Assembly (NCBI GenBank): GCA_034226945.1
Contig: CP120462.1
Location: 806,001-870,000, forward strand
DNA length: 64,000 bases
Direction: 5' to 3'
DNA from: Picochlorum sp. SENEW3
Taxonomy: Eukaryota
A program made the translations under genes and the position numbers. A model generated the notes under the pieces. The model was not told the origin of the DNA and ran no database searches. It saw nothing but the letters and a program-made list of their open reading frames with translations. Positions 22,308 through 33,556 of the stretch are shown here, in pieces. Each line of letters begins with the position of its first letter. Positions within the stretch are counted from its first letter, which is position 1.

Positions 22308-23093
22308 TCATCCGAGCATTGTAAAACTTTTGAACAGACCCATCATGGGGGCCTGGAAACACAGGAATCCTAGCAGAGCAGCAACAAGAGTTTCCTTGGG
22401 AGTATGATGATACTTTGCTGTGTAGTACACTTCGATGCAGAGTAATACTGACACCATGATGGTGATGGCAGCGAGCAGTTTTAATGCCATTGTGAGTCTT
22501 GTGTGCTTGATGACTGCCCTGCTGACAAGCACAATCACAATTTCACACATCAAACCAGCTACGACACAGGATGCTAGCACAACATGATCAGACATAATAT
22601 GCTCTTCTAAAGTAGAATGAAGTCGATAGAACCATGCCCTGATAAAGCCCTGGAGTCCATAGAGAGCTGCTGGAATCCACACGTGTTCCTCATGGATGAT
22701 GCGTGTTGGAGACAGATTTGAAAACGCACTCGTTCTGATATGGATCAGTGATTTGATAACAAGGCGTATCATCCAGACAATTCCAACAAATAAAGCTCCA
22801 ATGCGCGCAAAGACAAGGTCAAATCGTCTCATGAAGATGAGCCTGGTGCCCCTTTTGGTGGCAGATCCTTCTTGTTGGGAGTACTGCAACATTCCCAGGC
22901 CAAGGCCGAGCCACCATGCTGTAAAGATGATTGAGACGAGAATAAAGGCTATACGTGCATTCGGATGCCGCTTGAATGCGTCATGCGTGTTCCTTTTCTC
23001 TGCAGACAAGGAAGAAGAAGAGAAAAAAGACTTGTTTGTCTTTTTCTTCTTCTTCTTCTTGATGTCTCTCATTGTCAGCGTACTATTCGCCAT
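22308..23093 (-). CDS. Multi-pass membrane protein with FIT/Scs3-like (lipid phosphatase superfamily) His motifs
   Basis: About 6 TM helices; MSDHVVL and YYTAKYHHTPKE resemble the FIT SGH and T..YFHT..EK motifs. Confidence 0.5.
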   Translation of the reverse strand: MANSTLTMRDIKKKKKKKTNKSFFSSSSLSAEKRNTHDAFKRHPNARIAFILVSIIFTAWWLGLGLGMLQYSQQEGSATKRGTRLIFMRRFDLVFARIGALFVGIVWMIRLVIKSLIHIRTSAFSNLSPTRIIHEEHVWIPAALYGLQGFIRAWFYRLHSTLEEHIMSDHVVLASCVVAGLMCEIVIVLVSRAVIKHTRLTMALKLLAAITIMVSVLLCIEVYYTAKYHHTPKETLVAALLGFLCFQAPMMGLFKSFTMLG

Positions 23094-23503
23094 CCATCGC
23101 CCTTTATAATCATTAATACATAGTAATGTAAATTATTTTGATACAGAATGTTCATGCATGAGCGCAAACGCGGCATCAGGCTTGCAAGCCTGCAATTGCA
23201 TCCCGTATTCTTATTTACGGAATACACGGCGTTTTGAATTTGGACTTGGTGCAATTTTTGCACGGAATAACAGTATTTTAATTGTAATTTAACAGAAATC
23301 ACCTTACTATGCATGGAATGATGTGTTACGTGCGAGAAGGAAAAGTCCAGAGGGTCAACAACAATGAGCGAACAACCTCGCAACTGCCACGCCTTTGTGT
23401 GCATACGAGGGGTTGATGTACAAAGAAATATTGGAATAATGATGGATTACATCATGTGAAGGGTATATTTACATGGGATTTCATTTGTGTGTCTGTTGAG
23501 TCG

Positions 23504-26422
23504 ATGGCAAACACATTCCAGGAAGAAGAACGAGTAATGCAGGACGACTATGCGGTGGGATCAACCGAGAATGCTGGTAGGAATGAGGGTGTAAAGAGAT
23601 TTAAATCTATGGGATTAGGAGATGGTGGCGGTGAGAAGAAGATGGAAGAGCGGCGATCCTCGTGGATTTCTGGTGTCCAGAGCAGGTTGGCATTGTTCAT
23701 GAATCTGCCAGGCAACCAAACAGAGGGCAACGCGAAGCAGTGGTGCCAGAATGATACTCCCAATACAGTCGAGCTGGAGAATATTTGTGATATAGAGAGG
23801 CGTGGCGAGTGCTTGGAGGAGGTATGTGACACAAAGAGGCAGTTGTCATTTGGTGGTGGGGGCTGTAGTGGGCACAGCAGAAATGAAGGGTCTCGTCATA
23901 GCGATGGGAAGACTATGGATTCGAATGGACTCTCAAGAGATGTGGCCTGGTATATAGATGACGAAGATATGACCTCTGCTCTCAAAGCAGCGGATGTGCC
24001 ACAGGCACTGTATCCTTGGCAGGCTGAATGCCTTTCTTCTCCTGGTGTATTGGACAGGGGTGAAAATTTGGTGTACTGTGCGCCAACATCTGGAGGCAAG
24101 AGTATGGTGGCCGAGGTGCTGATGCTACGAAGACTGATGAAAATTGGTAGGCCAGCAATGCTTGTGCTCCCTTTTGTATCAATTTGCGCGGAGAAGTCGG
24201 CTCGGTATAAAAAGATTTTTGATATGATGGGTCGGAATGAAGACGTCAGAAAGAAGGGGAAAGTTAAGAAAGTAGTCGAGTTTTATGGGAGTCTGCATAC
24301 CTCGATTGACATTCCTTCTCAGGCAGGGATTATTGTCTGTACAATAGAAAAGGCCAACATACTGGTGAATCAGTGGATGGAAGAGGGAACTGTAGCGAAG
24401 AATGTATCCACTGTCTGCGTCGACGAGCTGCACATGGTTGGAGATTCTGATAGAGGATATTTATTGGAACTCATGCTGACAAAGTTGAGGTATCTGTCAT
24501 CTGGAAACTGTGCCCTGCAGATTATTGGGATGAGTGCAACCATTTCCAATGTGCACATCGTGGCGACGTGGTTGGGTGCCATTTTATTTCAGACTGAGTA
24601 CAGACCTGTTCCTCTCCACGAGTACCTCGTCAAGGGTGATATGGTAACCTCGCCAGATGGAAGGCTGGTTCGAAAGCTCAAGTATGAAGGGGGCATGTCA
24701 GAGTCTAATGTCCTTGCAGCTCTTGTACAGGAAACCATTCAATACAGATTTTCGGTTATCGTCTTTTGCTGCTCAAGAAGAAGTTGTGAGCGAACAGCAG
24801 AATACTTGGCGCGAAAATTGCACTCTATTCCCGAATTTTTGGATCAACAATCCATATCTTCGGATCGGTTACCGCATGTTGGAACATATGAGTTTCTTGA
24901 CGGAGATGTACCTTCTCGTCAGATCATCTCCGAAGCCATAGAGCATCATCAGAATAGCCCGGGAGTGAAGGAAGATTCCCAGAATAATACTCTGAGGGGA
25001 TTGTTAGGAAAGGGGTTTGGTTGGCATCATGCCGGATTGGATTCTGAGGAGCGAGAGCTTGTGGAAGCTGCATTCAAATCAGGATCTGTGTCCGTCCTAT
25101 GTGCGACTTCCACGTTGGCAGCTGGTGTCAATCTTCCTGCGCGGCGAGTCATTTTTCGTCACCCATATGTTGGCAAGCCTGAGAATCTTCTGAACCCGTC
25201 GAAATACAAACAAATGGCAGGGAGGGCTGGTAGAGCTGGTCTTGACACGCTGGGTGAGTCGTTCTTACTGTCGAACAAGGGAATTTCAGACTCCAGATTA
25301 TACGATTTAATGAACCAAACAATAGAGCCAATCACAAGTTGCTTGGATGATGGAAATAAGGGCTTGTATAGGGCAATGCTTGAAGGTATCTCATCCAAAG
25401 CAGTCTCAACACCTGGAGATGTGGACAGATATGTCAAGTCAACCTTGTTGGCACAGATGATACCATACGATGATCTTGTGAGCCATACGAAAGCGGCATT
25501 AACATGGCTGGGTGATCCAAATCGACGCTATATTATGTGGGATTCGAATAACAACATATTTGTCCCCACACATTTCGGTGTTGCAGCTGCAAGCTCTGGG
25601 TTGCCTCCAGAAATCTGTGAGGACATTGTCTCAGATCTATCGAGAGCACGGGAGGCTCTCGTCCTCGCCTCAGACCTCCATCTAACCTACATTTGTGTTC
25701 CGCTAAATGAGGAGATACATGTAGAATGGAATAGGTTCTCTGATATGATGAATCATCTGTCTCCAATTGATCTCAGCATCAGTGAAAAGGTTGGTGTTCA
25801 CAGGGGATTCCTCATTGCAAAAGCACGGGGATACTCGAGTAGCAAACATATGACAGCATCAGGCAATTTGATACATGACAAGAAAACTCAGGACTCACGA
25901 GAACGAATTTCAAAGCGATTTTGGATCGCCTTAATCCTGCGAGATATACTCCAGGAAACACCCTTGTCGCATGTTGAAGAAAAGTTTGGTATTGCACGAG
26001 GCTTGGTGCAAGGTATCCAAGATAGGGCTTCGAGGCACGCGGGCATGCTTGCAACATTTTGCTCGAGAACAGGCTGGAATGATCTAGAGATACTCATCAG
26101 ACAATTTCAATCTAGAGTTCTCCATGGTGTATTGCCAGAAATGCTGGAACTCATGGAAGTACCGCGTGTCAAGTCATACTCTGCGAGGCTGTTGTTCAAA
26201 GCAGGTCTGAGAACACCTGAGCTTCTCGCATCAGCCGACCCGTCTACTGTGGAAAATATACTTTCTGCCGCGTATAAAAAGTCGACACCAAGGAAGAAGA
26301 AGGTCCTTGCACTGCATGCAAAGAGGCTGGTGACAGAAGCCAGGAGGCTTCTCATGAGCAGAGCCGAGTTGCTGCAGCAACAAGCACAGTATGTCATGGA
26401 CACCATGGCCGCGACCACATAG
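23504..26422 (+). CDS. HELQ/POLQ(TEBICHI)-type Ski2-like SF2 DNA helicase with no polymerase domain
   Basis: LYPWQAECL, APTSGGKS, DELHM, GMSAT, HHAGL, TSTLAAGVNLPARRV, QMAGRAGR, VLASDLHL.Y, C-terminal HhH region. Confidence 0.9.
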   Translation: MANTFQEEERVMQDDYAVGSTENAGRNEGVKRFKSMGLGDGGGEKKMEERRSSWISGVQSRLALFMNLPGNQTEGNAKQWCQNDTPNTVELENICDIERRGECLEEVCDTKRQLSFGGGGCSGHSRNEGSRHSDGKTMDSNGLSRDVAWYIDDEDMTSALKAADVPQALYPWQAECLSSPGVLDRGENLVYCAPTSGGKSMVAEVLMLRRLMKIGRPAMLVLPFVSICAEKSARYKKIFDMMGRNEDVRKKGKVKKVVEFYGSLHTSIDIPSQAGIIVCTIEKANILVNQWMEEGTVAKNVSTVCVDELHMVGDSDRGYLLELMLTKLRYLSSGNCALQIIGMSATISNVHIVATWLGAILFQTEYRPVPLHEYLVKGDMVTSPDGRLVRKLKYEGGMSESNVLAALVQETIQYRFSVIVFCCSRRSCERTAEYLARKLHSIPEFLDQQSISSDRLPHVGTYEFLDGDVPSRQIISEAIEHHQNSPGVKEDSQNNTLRGLLGKGFGWHHAGLDSEERELVEAAFKSGSVSVLCATSTLAAGVNLPARRVIFRHPYVGKPENLLNPSKYKQMAGRAGRAGLDTLGESFLLSNKGISDSRLYDLMNQTIEPITSCLDDGNKGLYRAMLEGISSKAVSTPGDVDRYVKSTLLAQMIPYDDLVSHTKAALTWLGDPNRRYIMWDSNNNIFVPTHFGVAAASSGLPPEICEDIVSDLSRAREALVLASDLHLTYICVPLNEEIHVEWNRFSDMMNHLSPIDLSISEKVGVHRGFLIAKARGYSSSKHMTASGNLIHDKKTQDSRERISKRFWIALILRDILQETPLSHVEEKFGIARGLVQGIQDRASRHAGMLATFCSRTGWNDLEILIRQFQSRVLHGVLPEMLELMEVPRVKSYSARLLFKAGLRTPELLASADPSTVENILSAAYKKSTPRKKKVLALHAKRLVTEARRLLMSRAELLQQQAQYVMDTMAATT

Positions 26423-26463
26423 ATATATGTATAGTATGTGTTACAAAATGATGTATATCAAAT

Positions 26464-27209
26464 TTACTGCTTTCCAAAGTACTCCTGACTCTCCTTTGGA
26501 TTTGGCTTGATGGTGTCTGCCCCTGGAGTCCAGTTTGCTGGGCACACTTCACCGTGCTCATCAGTGAACTTGAATGCCTTGATCAACCTCAATGTCTCAT
26601 CAATAGAGCGACCCACTGGCAAATCATTCACTGTAATCTGCCTCAGCACACCCTCTGGATTGATGATGAACAATCCACGAAGAGCAACTCCAGCACCGTC
26701 ACCTTCCTCGATCAACACACCATAGTCCTTGGAGATGGACTTGGTCACATCAGAGACCAATGGGTACTTGAGTCCACCCAATCCTCCCTGCTTGCGTGGA
26801 GTATTGATCCAGTGCAAGTGAGAGAAGTGAGAGTCCACAGACACTCCCAACACCTGGACATCGAGCTCTTCAAACTCTGCAATCCTCTCGCTGAAAGCAA
26901 TGATCTCAGTTGGGCACACGAATGTCCAATCGAGGGGATAGAAGAAGAGCACGACGTATTTTCCCTTGTAGTCGCTGAGGTTTGTCTGCACAAACTCTCC
27001 ATCAACCACAGCCTGAGCTGTGAAGTTTGGGGCTGCATACCAACCAAATCATATTACAACAAATACCATTGATTACATGTCAGCGATATCGCTGATATCC
27101 AATGAATATCTGAAGACATCTGTGATGTGGGTTGAGATGCTGATCAAACAGCCTCAAACTCCCTCGGACCATCAATAGACGCACCTGGCTTTCCGATTGT
27201 TGGTGTCAT
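26464..27209 (-). CDS. Typical 2-Cys peroxiredoxin, cytosolic type, 2 exons
   Basis: [15 protein letters not shown] and GEVCPANW. Exon 1 is MTPTIGKP; intron 27184-27033. Confidence 0.95.
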
Positions 27210-27479
27210 TTTCAATACAAATACAAATATAAAGAATATTAATGGCAATGCACGGCATCCTGTCGGCATTGTTCTCTCTGGCCATGAGACTCCCTTGACC
27301 CCATTGGACAAGCATTCGGGAGTCGCGCGATTTGTCCCAGAACACCATTCGACTTTACCCTTCGATTCACCATATGGCCACCATTCATTCAATTGGACGC
27401 TTCAAAATTACAATTAATGCCATTAAGACGCATGTAAGATTGCATGTAAACGAACGGTGCGTTCTATTGTTGCCGAGGT

Positions 27480-27524
27480 CCACGTCATAAGGTTTGGCGC
27501 CTTCCTGGTGGGCGAGTTGGCGGG
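27480..27524 (+). promoter_or_regulatory. Putative E2F site plus ACGTCA hexamer
   Basis: CCACGTCA at 27480-27487, TTTGGCGC at 27493-27500, TTGGCGGG at about 27517-27524. Confidence 0.35.
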
Positions 27525-28035
27525 TTGCGAGCGAATGTCATTCTGTGCGATACCCAGTCCTCGTGGATACCTCGGAATGTCTTATTTTATTATAATTATA
27601 ATTTGTATTCATTGAAGTGGTAGGGGGAGGTTGTATTCGGTCGGTTCAGATTGACCCTTGGGGTTCGATTGGGGTTGCGCCTGTTTCTCTGCGGAGCGCT
27701 TTGGTCAGTATCTATCGTTTCGGATAGTGCTCCAATATTACTTTTATGTCTGATTCAAGTGCCTCTGGCTGAATATCACCCAGTCCTCTCGGCAATTGTG
27801 CGGTTTCGGCGACCTGACTCTTTTCTTTTGCTCTATGCAGATACAACGCCATCAAAGAGTCTTTGATCAATCGGAGCGATACTGCTCTATATTCTACTAT
27901 CGCACAGATTAACGGATACAGGTTTTGATATACGCGAGTGCTCAACAGTAGAGCTGAACAGATTACAGCATTGATATCAAAACATATTGCAATTTAAAAT
28001 TCATAAGCCCGGTGTATGTCTACTGAAATTGAAGA

Positions 28036-28626
28036 ATGTCTCAGACTGTGAACATACCGACCCTTGGCCTACATGACCTGGCACATGTGAAACTGAGGGA
28101 AGGAAGGAATTCAGACCAATGTGAGCACCCCAATGGGGGGTCCTTGATGAATACCAATGCCATGGGTAGTGCAGGCAATTCTATTGTTTCGACACCGAGG
28201 AGCCCACCCAGCGGGCAAACACCGAGAACCCCCATACCATCGACGTCTTCAACATTCACTGCGATGCATAGCCCATTGAGGATGGTGGGAAGGACATCTC
28301 CTTGCAGTGTCAAGATTAAAGCATCGACCCGTTTGGAAGGGGGGCTCCTTGTTGAGATGCCTTCATCCTCGTGTGCGCCAAAAGCAAAGAATGTGGAGGG
28401 ATCAGCAGATTATTACCCACGAGAGCTCTCATTTGGAAATTTATTGGATAACGAGGGAGTTGAGTCGAGAAACACGGGTCATGCGCAGCACCCAGAACCT
28501 ATTGGGTTCCGCCAGAGTACTGATCATGCACCTGTCAGCGAGTATGGTGATTCATTACCAATCTCTCCGAGAAAAAGATCAAGAAAATGTGCGCCTCTGC
28601 GCTCCTCTTGTGGTGCCGCGTATTGA
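28036..28626 (+). CDS. Hypothetical disordered S/T-P-rich protein
   Basis: 196-aa ATG-initiated ORF in an otherwise empty 2-kb interval; TPRSPP, TPRTP, SPLR, SPRK. Confidence 0.6.
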   Translation: MSQTVNIPTLGLHDLAHVKLREGRNSDQCEHPNGGSLMNTNAMGSAGNSIVSTPRSPPSGQTPRTPIPSTSSTFTAMHSPLRMVGRTSPCSVKIKASTRLEGGLLVEMPSSSCAPKAKNVEGSADYYPRELSFGNLLDNEGVESRNTGHAQHPEPIGFRQSTDHAPVSEYGDSLPISPRKRSRKCAPLRSSCGAAY

Positions 28627-29338
28627 CGTGGCTGATTTACATTTACGAGCCAGATTGATGGCATTTTTGCATCACCACCATTATGGTGATTGATTTGTGG
28701 ATACCTGTACTCATACTAGTGTGGCAATTTTTCAGGTTTGCCACCCGCATACATATGTGTATGCGTATCATTACCATGTCTTATTCTTCCCATATGCCTT
28801 TCGCTGGATCATGTGCCTGGCCTGCGTTGTGTGGAGACCAGTTGCCTGAGATATACATTCATTCCACGAGAGAAGACAACTAATGAACTATTGTGATATC
28901 ATTATGTTTGATTAATACTACATTTGCTGCTACGGCTGCCTTACATTTGTTGTAGTAGTATTTTGACAAGACCAGAGGTCGATTTCAGCAATGTCTTTTT
29001 GTGTTGGCTGGAGTTATTATTGATTTTTGAGATTCCATATTGAAGAAGAGCATACCTGTCTGACACTTGTGAAGACCATATATATACCTATTCAACCGAT
29101 CTTGCATATATCACGATGTAATATCAAACCATCTTTCTTCTACTGTCAGTGTTTTTCATTTTGGTACCTGGTTTATGTCGCCCTTGAATGATTACAGATC
29201 TTTGGAAGCTGATCAGCTTCCATCATGTCTTCGAAGACATGTGTAATGACTGATATCAGATCAAGAAAAGGAGATTATGCACCAGCCTGCTCTCATAATT
29301 TTCCAATTTCTTAATAGCATACTATAACGGGAAAAGGG

Positions 29339-30304
29339 ATGGATACATTGCTTTCAGCATTAGAAAAACTGGGCCTGACGGCAAGAGTCCATGAGCATTC
29401 AGAGTGCTGCGAGCACGACACGCATGTACGCCTTTGTCAATGATACATTTCATACCATCAGACAAATTCAAATTTACATTCGAACGGATACTATACAGGT
29501 TGAAGCGCTCAAAAGCCAGGAGGGAGTCGTCGCGAAAACGATATTGCTCAAAGTACGTTTGATACTTGCGTATGGATACACATTGCGTCTGTAACCATCA
29601 CATTGTTCGTATAGGATAAGAAGAATCGAGCTTATGTGGTCATCGCTCATCCAGACAGTACGATCCAGTCAAAAAACTTGTCCCCCAGGCTTGGGTTGGG
29701 CAAAGGAGGACTTGTAGATGCGTCGCCAGCGTTGGCAGAGGAATTATTTAGTACACCGTCTAGTTCTATGATTACAATGGCATCAATCATTGGATGTCAG
29801 CATCCGCTGGGTATACTGATGGATAGCAGACTCACGACAGAGTTTTGGATTGGGGCTGCACATGGGAAAGGGTCCATTTACCTGGATGCCACACATGTCA
29901 CCCAATTGCTCTCAGATAAAGCCATCATTACTATTGACTTTGAGATCAAACCCAAGATTGATAAGAATAACCCACCAGATCTGAAAGAATTTTCCGAGGG
30001 ATTGGAGCGACTTGCTGATGAGATTGTGGAAGCTGCTGCCTTGAAAGAAGAACATGAGGCATCTGCTGCACCAAAGAAACCCAAGGCTGCCGGGAACAAA
30101 AAGTCGGAATCACGTGCTACTGCATCGTCTGGTGATCCCATGGATGTGAATGCGTTGGCAACATCACTCATCAATGAGATTACGCAGACATGTACTGCAG
30201 ATGCTGAAAGAAAGAGGAGAACACGACAGAATGTCATCATGCAACTCAATATACTGCGTAACTCATCGTACGCATTAGGATTTAGAAGTGGAAAAGATTT
30301 GTGA
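29339..30304 (+). CDS. YbaK/ProXp-ala aminoacyl-tRNA editing domain protein with C-terminal extension, 3 exons
   Basis: Spliced H.H...AKTILLKDKKNRAYVV...RLGLGKGGL corresponds to ProXp-ala KNLFLKDKK. Introns 29426-29498 and 29553-29614. Confidence 0.75.
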
Positions 30305-30450
30305 ATCTGACGTGTGGGTAGAACATTGGAGAGAGAACAAGGTCATGCTTCATGCATGGGAGTCTTCTGTCTGCATGAAGCATGGTGTATTCACCCCGAA
30401 ATAGATGCGTTTTTCATACACGGATACCTATCATTTAAAACAAATACATT

Positions 30451-31417
30451 ATGTTTTGTAATACGTGCTTTACATCCTTAAAAGTAGGAGAACAAGTGAC
30501 GGTCACCACGTGTGGGCACGCGTACTGCCGGTCATGTTTTGGAAAAATCATGGCAAGGAAACAATGCGCTGTGTGCGGCACTGTACGTGAATATTTATTA
30601 TTTATATATCTATATATGGATTGAGAACAGGAGTTGTCTGCAGTCTATGGATGCGATTGCGTTCAGAGACGTGGTCTTGCCAGCAGGGCTCCAAGGGCCA
30701 CAGGATCAGCTCATGCTCGTCGGCATGTCCATGGAGCAATGCATATCTCTCGCTTTGGCTGCGATCCAATTCAAGTTTAGACAAGAGGAGTTGTATGCAA
30801 AGCTGCGATACGACAAGATAACTGAGAAAATGGCAACCATGGATGCACATTACAAAAAGAAGATGAGTCAGATGAATGATGGGTATCGCGATGTCAAATC
30901 TGTCATGGAACGATTGCGAAAAGAAAGGGATGAATTGGAGCAAGACGTGAAGGAGTTGAGGGAAAAGTATGGCCAGAAGGCAAAGGAGGCACATAATCTA
31001 CGGCAGTCTATGGGACAGCAGCAGGCATCAAGGAGCCACGGGACTGGTTCTCATGGATCATCGAGGCAATATACTGAACGGTATACATCTCCATATCTTG
31101 GTGCCAGGCAAGGGCTTTCAGCACCCGCCAGCAATGGAGTTGCTTCTCCAACCTGTTTGCATGGGCATCAGCATTTGGGGCTGCACATGCCACAGCCCAG
31201 AACGTCACCATATCACTCGCCAGGTGCTCCACAGCAGAATAGAATAGAACGTTTTGATTCGCCCATGGAGCTGATGAACCAGCAAATGGGTCCATCGGGA
31301 CCCTACAAAGGGATGACTCCAACCAAGAGAGCCTCCCCACATCATGGTGTGGCAATGCCAGTTGATGGATTGGGTTTGCCAGGCCCATTAAAATCGCCAA
31401 AGTATCGCACAAGATGA
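30451..31417 (+). CDS. HEI10: HEI10/CCNB1IP1 (Zip3/RNF212 family) RING E3 ligase, 2 exons
   Basis: Exon 1 is MFCNTC...TTCGHAYCRSC...CAVCGT; intron 30583-30643; coiled coil ELREKYGQKAKE; S/P-rich tail. Confidence 0.75.
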
Positions 31418-31658
31418 CACCAAAACCTGCTACGAGATATTTGTGCATGAATGTTTGTCTGTAAGAGATTTCAATCAGAGGCATTACCAACGTCGACGTT
31501 GTTCTACTAGAAATTCAAATCGAGAGAGACGACGTTTTCAAATTGTTTTTCAATCCATAGACCAAAAGGCACGCTCCCTCACTTACATTTTTACTTGATG
31601 AAATAAAATTTTCAAATAGAAGCACGAGAGAAGAGAAGAAGAGAAGTGGAACAGTATC

Positions 31659-32627
31659 ATGGAACAAGTTTTCGATGGCTCTTCTTCTGACGAAGACTTG
31701 CCTCTAATCAGACGGCAAGTTGCGAGCGATATCATGGCGAATAATAATAAGTTAATCCAGGATGATAGTTCTGATTCTTCTCTGCCGAGTTGGCTGGAAG
31801 AACAGGGGCGTCAGAAACGAGAGAGAGACGTTGTCTCCAACGGCAAGGACGTTATGATGATTATTGACACAGATAGTGATAGTGAGGAGATTCAAAAACC
31901 ATCGACAAGCATGAAAAGGGATGGACAGATCAAAATAGACGCTGTCAGTGAAGGAAAGATGACGCAGGAGTCAACACCTATGGAAGACTCTCATGCAGCA
32001 GTGTTGTTGACGCAGCCCTCCATAAAGACAAAAGCTGCTGTCACAGGGCCTAAGAATACAGGCACGACAGCAGCGACGCTCAACGATATTGTGGATGCAA
32101 ATTCCGTAACAGTGAGACTCCCGGATAAAATGCCTGTACAAAAGATGCTGATGGAGCTGGAATCACATGATACTCTGGCTGGGACGACAGACTTGTCAGG
32201 AGACTCTGGAGCTATTGGACGGATGCTTCTTCGAAAGACTAGAGAAGGTGACAGCACCGTAGAAAGGATGGAATTGGATTTGAAAGGATGCATTTACAGT
32301 GTGACACCTGTAGAGTACCCTGGCACCATCATGGTGTTGAATTTCACTGGATCAGAAGCCAAGGTGGAAAGCATATCCGACAGGTTCATACAGTTACGAG
32401 AGGATAAACGTTTTTCAAATGAAGAAGATGCTGCAAAGCTGAAAGAGTGGCTTGAAGACGATGAGAATGATTCCCAGACAGAAGGCAATCAGAATGCACA
32501 TCTCGGCACAGAGACTGCATCTGCCTCCCAGAAGAAGGGCGGTGCGAGAAAAAAGCCAGCAGTAAAGAAAGCTGCGCCGCGGAGGAAAACTGCCGCAAAA
32601 CCAAGAGCAAAGGCGAAGAAAAAGTAA
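31659..32627 (+). CDS. BIN4: BIN4/MIDGET, DNA topoisomerase VI accessory subunit
   Basis: DLSGDSGAIGR, LDLKG.IY, EAKVESI.D.FIQL, basic C-terminal tail. Confidence 0.85.
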   Translation: MEQVFDGSSSDEDLPLIRRQVASDIMANNNKLIQDDSSDSSLPSWLEEQGRQKRERDVVSNGKDVMMIIDTDSDSEEIQKPSTSMKRDGQIKIDAVSEGKMTQESTPMEDSHAAVLLTQPSIKTKAAVTGPKNTGTTAATLNDIVDANSVTVRLPDKMPVQKMLMELESHDTLAGTTDLSGDSGAIGRMLLRKTREGDSTVERMELDLKGCIYSVTPVEYPGTIMVLNFTGSEAKVESISDRFIQLREDKRFSNEEDAAKLKEWLEDDENDSQTEGNQNAHLGTETASASQKKGGARKKPAVKKAAPRRKTAAKPRAKAKKK

Positions 32628-32717
32628 ATTACATGTACACGATGTAAACAAAGCAAATAAAAAAAACATGGCAAAGCAGGGTTGGCAACACGTCAATCAG
32701 CACTCGTTATACCATCA

Positions 32718-33377
32718 TCATCCAGGGCCATTCACTTTTGGTGATAGATCCATCAAGACCTTCAAATGCTCTGCAAAGTACTGCTCAAGGAACTCGTGAA
32801 GCCTAATAGGTCCGTCAACAAAATCCACCTCCTCATGAGAATAGTGAAACTCGGCCACGTCCATAGACTCTCCACATCCCCCTCCTGCAACACTTGGCAT
32901 TGCGCACTTCACGATCAAACTCGCCATATGCGGGTGCTTCTCAACAGTCACGGAACCAGAGTGTGGATCTAGATTGAGTCTCAAGCAACCATCCACCATC
33001 TCCACAGTGTATGGGTATGATTCGCCTTCACACTTGCGCAACTGCGACTCAAATCGATTCCAAAGACCCCCAAGATAAATATCTGCAATGTGGTGAAATT
33101 GCTCGGGCGTCATAACAGCACTGCTGTTGTCCACATCCTTTGAATGGCCTACATCTCTGGTGTAATCCTTTGTGCAATAGTCAATGTCCGTGGGATGCAC
33201 AAAATTCTTATTCTCATCCTTTGTACTCGTCACACTCACACCAGGACGCCATTGAGAAACTATAGGAATATCCCCAGCACCCCACACAGCGGGAGTGTCC
33301 ATAACGACACTCCCTTGGACGAGAGCTCTCCGGCACGAAAGTGCACGACACAGCGAATACGCCGCCCTTTTCATCAT
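32718..33377 (-). CDS. Divergent frataxin/CyaY-fold mitochondrial protein
   Basis: Presequence, then MTPEQFHHIADIYL, VEMVDGCLRLNL..GSVTVEK, and LHEFLEQYF, following the frataxin helix-strand pattern. Confidence 0.5.
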   Translation of the reverse strand: MMKRAAYSLCRALSCRRALVQGSVVMDTPAVWGAGDIPIVSQWRPGVSVTSTKDENKNFVHPTDIDYCTKDYTRDVGHSKDVDNSSAVMTPEQFHHIADIYLGGLWNRFESQLRKCEGESYPYTVEMVDGCLRLNLDPHSGSVTVEKHPHMASLIVKCAMPSVAGGGCGESMDVAEFHYSHEEVDFVDGPIRLHEFLEQYFAEHLKVLMDLSPKVNGPG

Positions 33378-33525
33378 AAATGCATTTGAATGCCAATTAC
33401 ATATGAATGTATGAATATGTCTCACTTTTCGTTATGGGTCCAAAGCCAATGCGTGCTTCTCATGAATGCCCGACATGTTCCCACGTTTCGGGCGCCTTGT
33501 TTTGAATCTTGTGCCACGTCAGATT

Positions 33526-33556
33526 TCTCTCTCTCTCTCTCTCTCTGTGTGTCTCT
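33526..33556. repeat. (CT)n/(GT)n microsatellite
   Basis: Run of ct dinucleotides followed by gtgtgt. Confidence 0.8.
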
